From: the human T2T-CHM13v2.0 reference genome, Homo sapiens
Strand: one strand, 5' to 3'
Length of the DNA stretch: 64,000 nucleotides
NCBI RefSeq assembly: GCF_009914755.1
Contig: NC_060935.1
Positions 13,260-25,947 of the stretch are shown here, piece by piece. Position numbers and translations under genes: made by a program. Under the pieces are notes generated by a model. It did not search any database, was not told where the DNA came from, and worked only from the letters and a program-made list of their open reading frames with translations. Positions within the stretch are counted from its first letter, which is position 1. Every line of letters starts with the position of its first letter.

Positions 13260-15900
13260 CGTGCAAATGTCCTCATCAAAATTTCTTCCTGGATTAGCAT
13301 CCATTGATGATTCTTTACTAATCTAGTCTTTACTATGACAATGCAAAAAGTTAATTTTCTAACTTATATACTCCTTCCACCTTAACCAGTGGGCACTTAG
13401 CTTTTTATTATAATCCTTCTCTTTCATTGATTGATGTATTAATTTATGTATTATTCAGTCTGGCCAAATTAATTCCCATTTTTTTCAATGGTTTATAATT
13501 CTATATTGTACTTAAATATTTTGGTGTTCAAACTGTCCCAGGTTTGGGCAGTGGAAGCCATATCAAGCTAACTTCTATGTTCTTATGACATGCTTCTATT
13601 ACTTTTTGAAGTATTTCCTAACTTTCTAGCATAAGAAGATATTCCAGGCTCATCTTGTACCTACCCTACCTAGTCCTGAAGTCAGCCTCTTCTCTCAGGT
13701 CTCTGCTTCATGATAGTATGAAATAGTGTTAAGTACAAAGATTTGGGAGTGAGGTGTACTCATTACTGTCAGAGTATCTTTGATTCTTGGCCCTGTCAGC
13801 AAATGGAGCTAGAAAACACATGCAGGTGTATGTATATAAATACATCCAATTATACATACACACATACAAATGCATTCATAAATGTACAATGCACAGAAAC
13901 AGGCATACACACACATACACAAATACATATTTTAGAAATCATGAATTCACACTGATGCCTCAAATTCCAATCCATCACCCAAAAAATGTTTTGTTAGTTT
14001 GTTTTTTTGCCTCCTATCATTCTATGTCTATATTATATGTCTATCACAGTAAAAACCCTGGTTCCTATTAATATTGGCATATTAATTCATTGGTTTGATC
14101 CCATAAGACACCTAAAATGCTTTCAGATTTGCTTTCACTGTACCACTACCAAAAAATTAAACAAAATCCCAAACTTCCTAAAAAGAATTTGGTGTTTGTT
14201 GACATTTCTTCCTCATACTCACACTGCCCATAACTGAGGATATATAGTCAAATACTATGAAAATATTACCTTGGATTAAACCTTCTTTTTATTTCTTCCT
14301 GTGTTTCCCTTCAATTTAGTTTTATGTTGTTTCCTTCCAATTCTTACCAATTTTATTTTTGAATATCCAGAACATTAATATATTTTCAAAGGTCAAAACT
14401 ATACAAAAAGGGACACAAAAAACTATGACTTCCTTCTTATCCCTTTCATTCCATTTTCTGCCTACCTCATCCCTTATAAATAAGCAATTCCCATTGTTTT
14501 CTGGCTTATCATTCTTGTGTTACTTTTTGCACACATAGTCAGATATATTTATGTTTTCTTATTTTTACCTCTTTCTTATGCAAAATGTAGGATGTTATAT
14601 ATGCTTTTTTGTACTTTTTTTCACTTATCTCTTGGAAATCATATTAGTTCAGACATATTTCTCATTCTTTTGAATAACTACATAGTACTCAATCGTGTAT
14701 TCATACCATAATTTATTTAACCAATCCCCTATGATTAAATATTTTGATAGCCTCCAATATTTTGCAAATATAAACAACGATGTAATAAATAAATTTGTGT
14801 ATATGCGACTTCACATTTTTGGTGGTGTATTTTTAGTGTAAATCCCTACAAATGAGTGTTTTGGGTCAAAAGGTTAATACATATGTACAACCTTTATGGG
14901 GGTTATACTATTTTATATTCTCACCAGCAATGTACGGGAGTGCCTATTTTCCCACAGCCTAACCAATGGACTGTATTATAAAGTTTTTCAATGTTTGGCA
15001 ATCTACAACATGATAATTAGTTCCTTGCTGTAGTATTAATTTGCATTTCTCTTGTCATGCAGAAACAGTAAAGTTGAACAACTTTTAATAAGTTTAAAGA
15101 TCACTTTTATTTCTCTTTTTGGGAATTGTTTGTTAAAGGTTTTTTGCTAATTTTTCTATAGGATTTTTGCTCTTTTTTTCAATATTTAAAAGTCCTTTAT
15201 AAATCGAGAACATTAATTTTTTCCCTTCAGTGTGTATTGGGAATATTTATTCCTAATTGGTCATATTACTTTTTAATTTTTCATATTAAAATTTTGTTTC
15301 TTTTTTAAATTTCAACGTTTATTTTCGATTCATGGGGTATTTGCACAGGTTTGTTACATGGGTGTATTGTGTGACACTGAGGTTTGGGGTACAATTCATC
15401 CCATAACCCAGGTAGTGAGCATGGTATAATTTTCTTTTTTGTGTGTTTTTCAACTTTTATTTTAGGTTTGGGAGTATATGTGCAGGTTTGCTACATGGGT
15501 AGATTTTGTGTCACTGGGGTTTGGTGTACACATGGTTTCATCACTCAGGTGGTGAGCATAGTACTAGATACATAGTTTTTTAGCTCTTACCCTCCTCCTA
15601 CCTTCCCTCCACAAGGAGGACCCAATGTCTATTGGCTTCTTTGTGTCCGTGTGTACTCAATGTTTAGCTCCTGCTTATAAGGAAGAACATGCAGTAGTTT
15701 CCTGTTCCTGCATTAATTTGCTGAAGATAATGATCTCCAGCTGTTTCTTATTTTTATGTAATCATATATATATGATTATATAAATATATATATATTTAAT
15801 TGTATATGGACTTTTACTCATAGTTAAAAATATTTTTTGTATACATCTGTTTATGTAATAATTCACCCATGCTTTCTTTTTCTGTTAATAACATATATAT
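13260..15900 (-). mobile_element. Old L1 (L1ME/L1MC-type) antisense fragments
   Basis: T-rich reversed L1 3'/ORF2 motifs: atattccaggctcatcttgtac, tatattctcaccagcaatgtacgggagtgcctattttcccacagcct, attaatttgcatttctct. Confidence 0.65.
15300..15745 (-). mobile_element. Two tandem primate L1 3'-end fragments (L1PB-like, then L1PA15/16-like)
   Basis: Two successive ttcaac(g/t)tttatttt...caggtttg(t/c)tacatgggt...ggtttgg(g/t)gtaca...caggt(a/g)gtgagcat blocks, each preceded by a T-rich tail. Confidence 0.75.
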
Positions 15901-16997
15901 CTTCATAGCCAGAATTCTTTACTTGCTCTGGGTTGTCTATAGTTGTGGTTTCCAAACAGTTCTATGGCACCTTATGGTTCCACAAAAGTGAGTCAGGAGG
16001 ACTGAAAATGACTAACTTAAAACATATTTTGTCAGTTAAAACCTTTAATTAAAACAACACATCCACTTCAATATGTCAAATAAAATGTTCAACATATTGA
16101 AGATCATTAATACATTAAAATGTGCTGCCAACCAAAATCATTTGGATAAAGCCATCACAGTATAGCTTCTCCTTCCATGTCTGGACACAAAATTGAATCT
16201 TTGGGAATATGTTTTTGATTAGAAAGGGTGTAGTTCTTCCCTGATCTATTTTTAAATTCGATCCTATGTATGTTTGCTAAAAGCAAAACAAAACAAACAA
16301 ACTTCTACAAACCAGTACATCAGATGTGTCATGCTTAATTGTGACTATGCGAAGCTCAGGGATATCTCATCAGATGAGGAGCAAGTTAAATCTTAAAACA
16401 TTACAGCGCAGGATGTCAGAGTATTGGTATTTGTGGAACTTAATGTGAGTTCTGAGTTCTTTTTCTCTGACTTTTATGTTAAAGCATACTACAAACATTG
16501 ATTAAAAACCTATTGTGCATCAGATACTGCACTGGATCTCAGTTATAAAGCAATAAAGAAAGCCTTCATGATCCTTACACTTCAGGACTCCAGGAAAGAC
16601 TCATTAAACAATTAATTATAATGAAAAGTGATGAGAATTATGATAGAAGAAGAATTATATGTTAAGGGATTATATCACAGAATATATAATCCATGAGATG
16701 TGGAAGGTTTTCCTCAAAAAAATACTAGGGAAAAATACTGAGACCTGAAAAATGACTATGAATAAGTAAAATGCCCTTAAATTGTTTTTCACATTGGGGT
16801 TTCTTATAGACTTTGGTCAAAATATAAAAGGAAGTTTCTACTCTTGATTAATAAGGTGCTTAAAGGATAGAAATCTAGGCCCCTTAAGATAATAAACAGA
16901 ACCCCATAATCTTGAAGGCTTAGATTAACGACCCTGTCATTCATCACCATCACCCACTCGTATATGGCTAACTTATTACGTAAGACTTGTAAAGCTA

Positions 16998-17085
16998 CTG
17001 AGATGAGAAATTATTCCGGATTATCCAGGTAGGCCCCCCATGTGATTACATGAATTCTTATAAAAAGGAAGCAGAGGGAGATTGG

Positions 17086-17141
<56 letters not shown>

Positions 17142-17393
17142 AGATGTGAAAATGGAACAGAGAAAGATTTGAAGCTGTTGGTGTTGAAAATTGGAGTGGT
17201 GAGGCCACAAGTTAAGGAATGCCAGCAGGCACCAGAAGTTGAAAGACACACAGAACATATTTGCCCATAAAACTTCAAAAGAGTATAAGGTTGACAATAC
17301 CTTGAATTCAAACCAGTGAAACTGATTAAGGACTTCTGGTTTCTAGCCACCATCTTTAAAGCAATTTACTACCGTAGCCACAGGAAACTAGTA
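16998..17393 (+). mobile_element. MaLR LTR (MLT1D-like, 5'-truncated) containing (CA)n
   Basis: GAGATGAGAAATTATTCCGGATTATCCAGGTAGGCCC...GGCCACAAGTTAAGGAATGCCAGCAG...AGCCACAGGAAACTA. Confidence 0.75.
17086..17138. repeat. (CA)n microsatellite, about 23 pure units
   Basis: Direct read. Confidence 0.95.
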
Positions 17394-17999
17394 GGAGTAG
17401 AAAGTTATTCATTTGTAATAGGAAAAATCTGACATTAGTGAAGAAGGAAGCCTGGCGAGGGAACTGAAGGAACAGGGCAGAAAGCTAATTGGTATTAAGT
17501 AGATGAGTCAATCAACAGATCCTAAAATAACGTGACAACATTGGGAATGGTGAAAAGCAAATGAAAATTCACTCGTAAAGTATCCCCAGCTACAATTATT
17601 GATGTGGGTGGTAAAGAAAATTTTACAAAATTTAGATGAGAGTAAATACAGTTTTATTGTCTTGTGGTGATTTAAAAAGGGGAACATCTAAAATGTATAT
17701 ATTTTAATCTTTGTATATGGGACAAAAATTGCTGCAATACTTAGTACTGGGCTGCATCAGAGTTGAACTTTCAGAGAGGAAAGCAAAGGCATTTTCTGCA
17801 TGCAGAAACAATCCCAATTTCTCTGGCTCGTAACAAACCAGTGCTAAAGGAGAACTCAGAGGATGTGGCCGAGCCTTCTGGAGTCCTTTATCCTTCACTC
17901 TTGGTAACTGTACATTTGACTTCTGCTTGTTTGACAAGCAACTCACTACCACCGAAGGCAGCAGGCAGCCCCGACACACAGTGCTGCCTTATTATGCAC

Positions 18000-18440
18000 T
18001 CAAACAAAAAATATTTGTGAAGTGCCTCTCTATATGTACTGGGTACTCTTTTGGTCCTAGGATTCAGGAATCTATAGGAAAGACTCACGGAGTGTTCCTT
18101 CTGGTGAAAGATCAATAATAACCAAGAAATCAAATACATTAGCAAAATAAAAATCAGATATTGACAGTAAGTGTTAGAAAGAAGTTTAAATATGGTATTT
18201 ATTATTTATAGTGTAGAATATTGAATATTAAAACTCTGTGCTCAGGAAAGGCATCTCTGAGGAGGCAACATGTTTGAGCTGAGACCTAAATGACAAGTAA
18301 GGACCAGCTGCATAAAGGTCTCAGCCAAAGCACTCCAGGCAGACAGGTAACAAACAGACCCACAAGTGCTGAAGGGTGAGAATGAGCTTGGTGTGTTTAA
18401 GCAGCAGACAAGAGTTCAGTATTGCTGCCACATAGTAAAG
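18000..18440 (-). mobile_element. L2 LINE fragment
   Basis: ctcaggaaaggcatctctgaggaggcaacatgtttgagctgagacctaaatgacaag...ccaggcagacagg...gagcttggtgtgttta. Confidence 0.75.
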
Positions 18441-18777
18441 TGAAACTTATAATTCTGTCTTGCCCCAGGACACACAACTCACAACCTGAGTAGGGTGGCT
18501 GTGTGTTAGAAAGAAAAAAGCACTGGTTTGGAGTTGAATGACCTGTTTTAATTCTTGCTCTTCATCTGACCAGGTATGTGCTCTTAGATTGTTCTTTGCC
18601 ACTTTATATTTCCATCTTCTGATATTTAAGGTGATGGGGTCAGACAAAATCTCTGATTTTCAAACTATATTTTGTGGAGCTCACTAAGGAGCCTTGCTGA
18701 TGGAGCTCAAATCTCACCATCAGCTTCATCCAGAGCAGCACCGTGCTTGTTTGTATTTTCAAAGCAATTTTCTTTCA

Positions 18778-18978
<201 letters not shown>

Positions 18979-19189
18979 TCAAGAAAGCTTATAAACCATT
19001 AGCCAAAATTATCTATTTAATTATTCCAAACTTCAGAATCCAGTGATTCTAAGATGCTTTGGACTCAACAGAAAACTGTGGTCTAAATACAAAATGGATT
19101 CTCTTGTGAAGTAATAAGCTTCTCATCAAAGGAGTTTGGCAAAAAGAAAAACAAAATAAACAAGCAAAACACACATTTAAGAAATTCTG

Positions 19190-19536
<347 letters not shown>

Positions 19537-20009
19537 TTAAATGAGCTAATTTTAAAATGAATTTCCATGAGAGAAATACTACGTGCAGCATTGCTCAGAC
19601 TTCTTAGTGCATTTATTTTTGGAATATATTATAAGATTAGTGTTTCATGGAACTCTTTATTAAAATTGTTTTCTTGTGATTCTGAGATATTAGGACTGTA
19701 TGCCTTTATTATAAGCTCTAAGAGAAATAGGGTCAACTTTGTTCTGTTCACAGATACATTTGCAATCTTTTATGTACTTTTGGGAAGGCAATATTCTATT
19801 AATGAATAGTTATGGAATGGTTGACTGAGGAAACAAGTAGGAAAGATGTGTTTGTTCCTGAGGAAACTATAGTACTGTGGCTAATCTCTAATATCAACAA
19901 AATTACATTAAAACCCATGACATAGCCAAGGACCCAGTATTCTGACACTATAACCCTAAGCTTCCTCCATGAGATTCTAATTTCTTTCAGGCTGCCAACT
20001 TAGCTTGCA

Positions 20010-21530
20010 GGAATCATTCATGTATTCAAAAATACTCTTTGAATATCTTATATTCTAGATACTTTAGCAGCTTTTGAGAAGAAATTATGAGCTTACAGTC
20101 TAAGAGGAGATACAGCTGCTAGTCAGATAATCAAAAATATACTTAGAAACTTGATAAAAACTATGTAGGAAACATGTAGATAGTTGTGATCTGATGTAGT
20201 GTAGAGGATCATGGACGAGGTCCTTGAGAAACAACATGTGAGATTTGAGAGCCGAAGACAAGGAGAGATTAACTACACACAGTAGTTGGAGGAGGAGAGC
20301 GATTATCAGTCAAAAGAGAAGCATGCCCAAGACCCTAGAGTTGAGCACAGGCAAAACAGGCGATGACAAGACCACAGAAGCTTGAGGAAACAATTGAAAT
20401 GAAGTTGCTCCTGAGGCTGGGAACCTGGGCAATCCATCCAAGTTTTGTGGCATATTAAGGATTTTGTTTTTTATTCTAAAAGTAATGGAAAAAATAAAAG
20501 AGATAGGGAAGGGAGCATTATTATTATATTTACCTTTTTTTTTCAACAAATACTTCACTATACTGAAGTGTATGAAACAGATTGGAAGGGATAATTTTAA
20601 GGTGTTAAGACAATGATGAGGCTTAACCTGGGGTGATAGCAGTGTGAACAGTGGGAATAAATTCTAATAATATTTAGCAACTAAGATCTGTACTACATGG
20701 TACCATGTCGCATGAGAAATATGATGAAAACAATGGCTCCTAAGTTTTGAACCTGTGCCATTGTGCTAATGATAATGCCATTCAAAGGGAAAGTAGGGGG
20801 AAAAACCTGTTTTATTAGGGAAAAAAAATACAAGTGTTGTTCTAGACCTGCTGAGTTTGTGGTTTCTTTGAGAGATCCAATTAGAAATGTTAAGACTGAA
20901 GCCCAAAAGACAGGTCTGTACTAGAGATGTAAAATTACACATTTCAAGAATTAAAATAGTACCTAAAACCTCGGGCATGAGTAAAACATTTTGAGACAGA
21001 AAATACAGCATGGAAAGAAAGGCATGATATGCTTTGAAGAATAGAAATACAAAAAGAATAACTACTATTTACTGAGCCTTTTCTATGTTTCAGGCACTAT
21101 CTTACACCATTAAATGAGTTATTTCTTTTACAAGAATACTTTGATGAAGTTAATGGTACTATCAGCATTTTTACAGAGTTGTTACATGTGCTGACTTTCA
21201 TGGGTAATATGAGTTGGAGCCAAGATTTGAACTTGAATAGGCCCAATCCAGAGCCTATAGTCATCGTTGCTTATATTCAGATTATAGGATGAGCCAGTGG
21301 AGAATCACAGGAAACAAGATAGGAGGAGGATACCCAGGACCAAGGGTGCTCCCAAAAGTTGGAGAAGAAAGTTTTTAAGAAAGAAATAGGAATCAAGATC
21401 AAGGCTGACAGGTAATAGAAACAAAATGAATAATAAAAGTTGACTACTGCATTTAGCAACATGGTGATCCCTGGAGATCTATGTTGATAGAGGGATGGAA
21501 AAAAGATTTAAAGGGAATGCTGCAAATATA
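20010..21530 (-). mobile_element. L2 LINE (long degenerate antisense fragment with MIR insert)
   Basis: Begins attcatgtattcaaaaatac (reversed L2 tail); ttaaggattttgttttttattctaaaagtaatgg; ctgcatttagcaacatggtgatccctggagatct. Confidence 0.65.
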
Positions 21531-21799
21531 TTCATTTATTGAAGAACTGACAAAAAGATCGAGGAAAATAAAAACTAAAATATAAAAAGCCATCATATGA
21601 GATAGCTCCTCTTTGTTGGAGGCAAGCAAAAACAAGACGAATAAAAATTAGTCATATCATTATAATGTTTTACACAGGAAATTTACCTAGAAGCTCCCTA
21701 AAGTATCCTCTGCATTCTCAAGCTAAATCTTTCTCTGTAATTCTGAGGCCAAATTTAAGTCATTTGTAAATAAAATAGAGATAATTTAGTGATCATTAT

Positions 21800-22230
21800 G
21801 TATTGTTTTAGACTGGAATCTTTTGAGTACACTCAAAGTAGTTTAATCCAAAAGGAGAATTGGATATAGGATACAGAATTGGGAGGATATAGATATTTCA
21901 TGGGCTAGGTAGGATTCATGAAGCCTAGAATCAGGAACTGTAAAGCAGGAACTCAGATTTCTCCTGCTGCTCATCATGTTTCTCTCCCATCACTTCATCC
22001 ATTCTCTCCTTCTGCAGACCCCTTCTCCCCTTTGGTACATGTACATCCACCATAGCTCTGCCTTCTCACAGCCTCAATATTCAATTCATTAGGAATAAAT
22101 TGGAGTCCCAAATAGCAGAAAAGATAATTAGGTGGGCTTGACTCAATTCAGGTGTGTTTTTTTTTTTTTCCAACCACTCTGTCTATTGGGAGGTGGTGTC
22201 GTTGTATTGTAGTCCAGTTGACAATGGAAA
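21800..22230 (-). mobile_element. Ancient MaLR LTR (MLT1K/L-like), very degenerate
   Basis: Left end resembles the reversed MLT1 terminus (...actcaaagtagtttaatccaaaaggagaatt...). Confidence 0.35.
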
Positions 22231-22531
22231 CAAGCTAAGATGGAGCCATAAACAGATCCTATTAGAAGGAGTAGAGTAAACAAGGAAAAGATTCATGAAG
22301 GAAAGGAATGGAGTTTGGCACATGTATACATAGTAGCATATGCATATATAAACAGCATGGAAATTGTTTTAAAAGGCTTACGGTCCTCTGAATTTATTCC
22401 AGAATATCAACATTTCTTTTAAACATTTTTAACACTATATATCATGCAATTGCTTTATCATTTTTTATCTAGCCCTCTGTAATAAGCATGATTTCTAACC
22501 AAGTACTGTTTGGTAAAAGTAATTAATGTTA

Positions 22532-22656
22532 TCAGGTTGGTGCGAAAATAATTGTTTTGTTTGTTTGTTTGTTTGTTTTGCCATTGCTTTCAGTGGCATT
22601 TCAAATGGCCATTACTTTCAGTGGCAAATACCACAATTATTTTCACGCCAACCTAA
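22532..22656. mobile_element. MADE1 (Hsmar1 mariner MITE), internally expanded
   Basis: TIRs TCAGGTTGGTGCGAAAATAATTG ... CAATTATTTTCACGCCAACCTAA flanked by TA on both sides; palindromic. Confidence 0.9.
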
Positions 22657-23936
22657 TACTTGTAGAAAAATTAAGGGGGAAAGTCTAAGGAAGCAAGTCA
22701 AAATTCCTACAGTAACAACAAATGTTAACATTTTGGTATATGGCCTTTGAATTTAACTCTACATACAAATCCATTCATATAGTTGATCTTATACCCTGCA
22801 TACTATTTTAAGGGTTTTTTCACAAACTAACAATTTTTAACAATTATTATTTACACTTGATTTTCTTTTATAGTATGATTTGTACTGTCTATTCACAATT
22901 TCATAAATTTGTGAACAAAAAACATCTGGTTATTCTAATTTGGCACTATCAGCAATGTTTGAATATAGATTAGACAGACAGATTTAGATACACATAATTT
23001 AAATTTTTATATACATATCTGATTATTTGGATTACATTTCTGGGAACAATTACTTGGTGAAAAAGACTGAAATATACTATATGGTTCTTGATAAGAATTA
23101 CAATCCAAAAAAGTTACGTGAATTAACATTCTCCCTAATGTTTAAAATTTCTGTGTTTAAGAGGTCAAAAAGGCAAAAGCATCACCACCAACAACAAAAC
23201 TAGCCAACTGAAAATGACAAAATATCTCATTGTTTTATGTTTCTCACAGTTACCAAGAGTGAATAATTTTAAATCATTATAATTCATTAGCCATGTTATA
23301 ATTCATGCTTTTTAATGAAATCTTTTGAAGATTTTTTCCCCAACCTTTAGCAACTGCTTAGTCCTATAACCTAGATTTTACTTTCCTACAATATTTCTCA
23401 AAAGGAAAGAAATTCTGCTATGATATTCAGTTTAGATGATGGCTGTGGAGTTGTAGGAAACACAGCCAGTGGAATTACAAAAACTGGGTTCAGATGCAGG
23501 CTGAGATTTGTACAAACAGTGAGGTTCTTATTTACGCTCTCGTGGACTTCATTTAATTACTTAACAACATAGAAGCAAGACATCTCACCCTTACATAATA
23601 GGAGTCATTTCTTCTAAGAGCACGTTATACAGTGACATCTCTGTCTCATGATTTACACTTTTTCTTGTTCTATATATTCCAGAAATTCCGGATTTGTTTA
23701 CTATTTTTAAATTTGCATTGCTCTTTCCCACTCTCAGGAATTTTGACAGGGTATTTCCTCTGCCTGAAATAATCATCCCCCAACAATCTTCTTGACTCTG
23801 ACACATCTTCATTATTTAAATTTTATGTCGACATCAAAGACTTTCTTGAACCCTACCCCTGCTACTTTAGGTATATTTGATTATATTCACCAAAACTCCT
23901 GTATAATAATCACTGCATCTATTATTTTTCATTTTA

Positions 23937-24232
23937 TCTATTTATTTATTTGAGATGGTGTTCTTGCTTTGTCACCCAGGCTGTAGCTCAGTGACACAAT
24001 CGGCTCACTGCAACCTCTGCCACCTGGGTTCAAGTGATTCTCCTGCTTCAGCCTCCTGAGTACCTGAGATTACAGGCGCCCACCACCATACCCAGCTAAT
24101 TTTTGTATTTTTAGTAGAGATGGGGTTTTTCCATGTTGGCCAGGCCGGTCTTGAACTCTTGACCTCAGGTGATCCACGAGCGTTGGCCTCCCAAAGTGCT
24201 GGGATTACAGGCATGAACCACTGCGGCTGGCC
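23937..24232 (-). mobile_element. Full-length AluS (Sx/Sz-like) inserted in an L2
   Basis: Reverse Alu with TGACCTCAGGTGATCC; TSD TATTTTTCATTTTA at 23923-23936 and 24233-24246. Confidence 0.93.
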
Positions 24233-24619
24233 TATTTTTCATTTTAATGTCTGTGTTTCTTGCTAAGCAGTCAAGTTCTTCGAAGGGGACCATTTCTTTC
24301 TATTGTATTCTCAGCACATAGAGTAGTACTTAATAGCCAATAAATATTTGTGTAAGTTGATAAGCAAATGAACTATTTTCTTCTTCTCAATAACATTCCC
24401 TCTTCATCCAAATTCCCTTATTTTATTTTTACTTCTTAGAATAGTTTGTCTTATTTGGAGGTAACCAATAAAAGACTATCCTTAATGATTGGACTTCATT
24501 TCTCTAAGGCAGCATTTAAACCTCTGGTGATAATTTAAATGAATTTAGATAGAAAAAAATTTTTTTTAACAGCTATAGATGAATTTTTTGTGTTATAACC
24601 TGTAAAGAAAGTAATGTTG

Positions 24620-25305
24620 GTTTCACGTTTTGGTTGAGACTTATAATACCCGCTCCTTAAGCTTTTCTCTTCTTCCTCTAGAGGTATTTATTCCCCACGT
24701 CCTAGCCCACCAACCTTTGTAATCTGTCAGAACTATGTGACTATTTCTCACCAAGGAGCTGAGACATTATGTGAGTCATTCCTAGGATAAAGCCAGTAAT
24801 TGCCTTCATGAGACATTTCAGAAATATCTTTTTTTGCTATAACAACTGAGAAGTTCTCCTGTTCTTTCTGTTGCTAAGAATATTGGAGTCTTTGTCAGCC
24901 TGGATCCTTGACTGACTTCATACAGTAGAATTCCCCCTCCTCTCACTGATTCCCCTGGGATATCAAGAATAAGCACAATATATACAGTTTCATTCTAGAC
25001 ATTTTGTTTAAACAACAGGGTCTACATCATAGCTCACTGCAGCCTCAAACTCCTGAGCTCATGCAATCCTCCTGCCTCAGCCTCCCAAATAGGTAGGACT
25101 ACAGATGTGTGCCGTCATACCCAGCTAATTTTTAAATTTTTTTTATAAACATGGGGTCTTGCTATGTTACCCAGGCTGGTCTCAAACTTCTGGCCTAAAG
25201 CAATCCTCACACCTTGGCCTCCCAAAGCACACAGGTGTGAGCCACCATGCCCAGCCTGGAATTGTTTATTACTTCAGTATAACCAAGTCTATTCTAACTA
25301 TATCA
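24620..25305 (+). mobile_element. Ancient MaLR LTR (MLT1H/I/J-like) interrupted by an Alu
   Basis: ctatgtgactatttctcaccaagg...cagcctggatccttgactgact...ggaattgtttattacttcagtataaccaagtctattctaactata. Confidence 0.5.
25012..25256 (-). mobile_element. AluJ (partial)
   Basis: catagctcactgcagcctcaaactcctgagctcatgcaatcctcctgcctcagcctccc...gagccaccatgcccagcc. Confidence 0.9.
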
Positions 25306-25394
25306 ATGACAATAAAGTATCCTTTAAACTTACTTATTTAATTTATATGAGGTGATTTTTGGAAATATTTTAAGCAAATAATAAATAGTTTGGT

Positions 25395-25947
25395 TTACTA
25401 TATGACCCAGAAATTCCACTTTTTGGAATATACCCCAAATAATTGAAATCAGGGATTTAAACAGATATATGTACAATCATGTACATAGATCATCATTTAT
25501 ATTAGCCAAAGGTAGCAATTACCCAGATGTCTATGATGGATGAATGGATGAACAAAATGTGGCATATACGTAACAACAAAATAGTATTCAGCCTTTAAAA
25601 GGAATGAAATTCTGATGCATGCTACCATATAAATGAAACTTGAAATAAGCCAGACACAAAAGAAAAAAACATATTGTATGATTCTGCTTATATGAGGTAC
25701 CAAGAATAGTCTAATTAATAGAGACAAAAGGTAAAACAGTGGTTACTAGAGCCTGGCGAGAGGAGGTACTTGAGAGGTACTGTTTATTGGATTTGCAGTT
25801 TCAGTTTAGGTTGATGAAAAAGTCCAGAAGATGGATGATGATGGTTGCACAACAATGTGAATGCACTTACTGCCATTGAATTGAATACTTTAAAAAGGCT
25901 AAAATATTAAATTCTATGTTATGTGCACTTTATCACAATTAAAAAAG
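25395..25947 (+). mobile_element. L1MB-type 3' end
   Basis: atatgacccagaaattccactt...gatgaatggatgaacaaaatgtggcatatac...ggttgcacaacaatgtgaatgcacttactgccattgaattg...tatcacaattaaaaaa. Confidence 0.85.

Noticed and set aside
17011-17353. ORFs with CVCVCV / THTHTH runs
   Set aside because: Translations of the (CA)n microsatellite inside an MLT1 LTR.
24005-24214. Alu-like peptides (also 25159, 36498, 48716, 49988, 53007, 54579, 58700)
   Set aside because: Standard Alu translations such as [10 protein letters not shown] and [16 protein letters not shown]; not genes.
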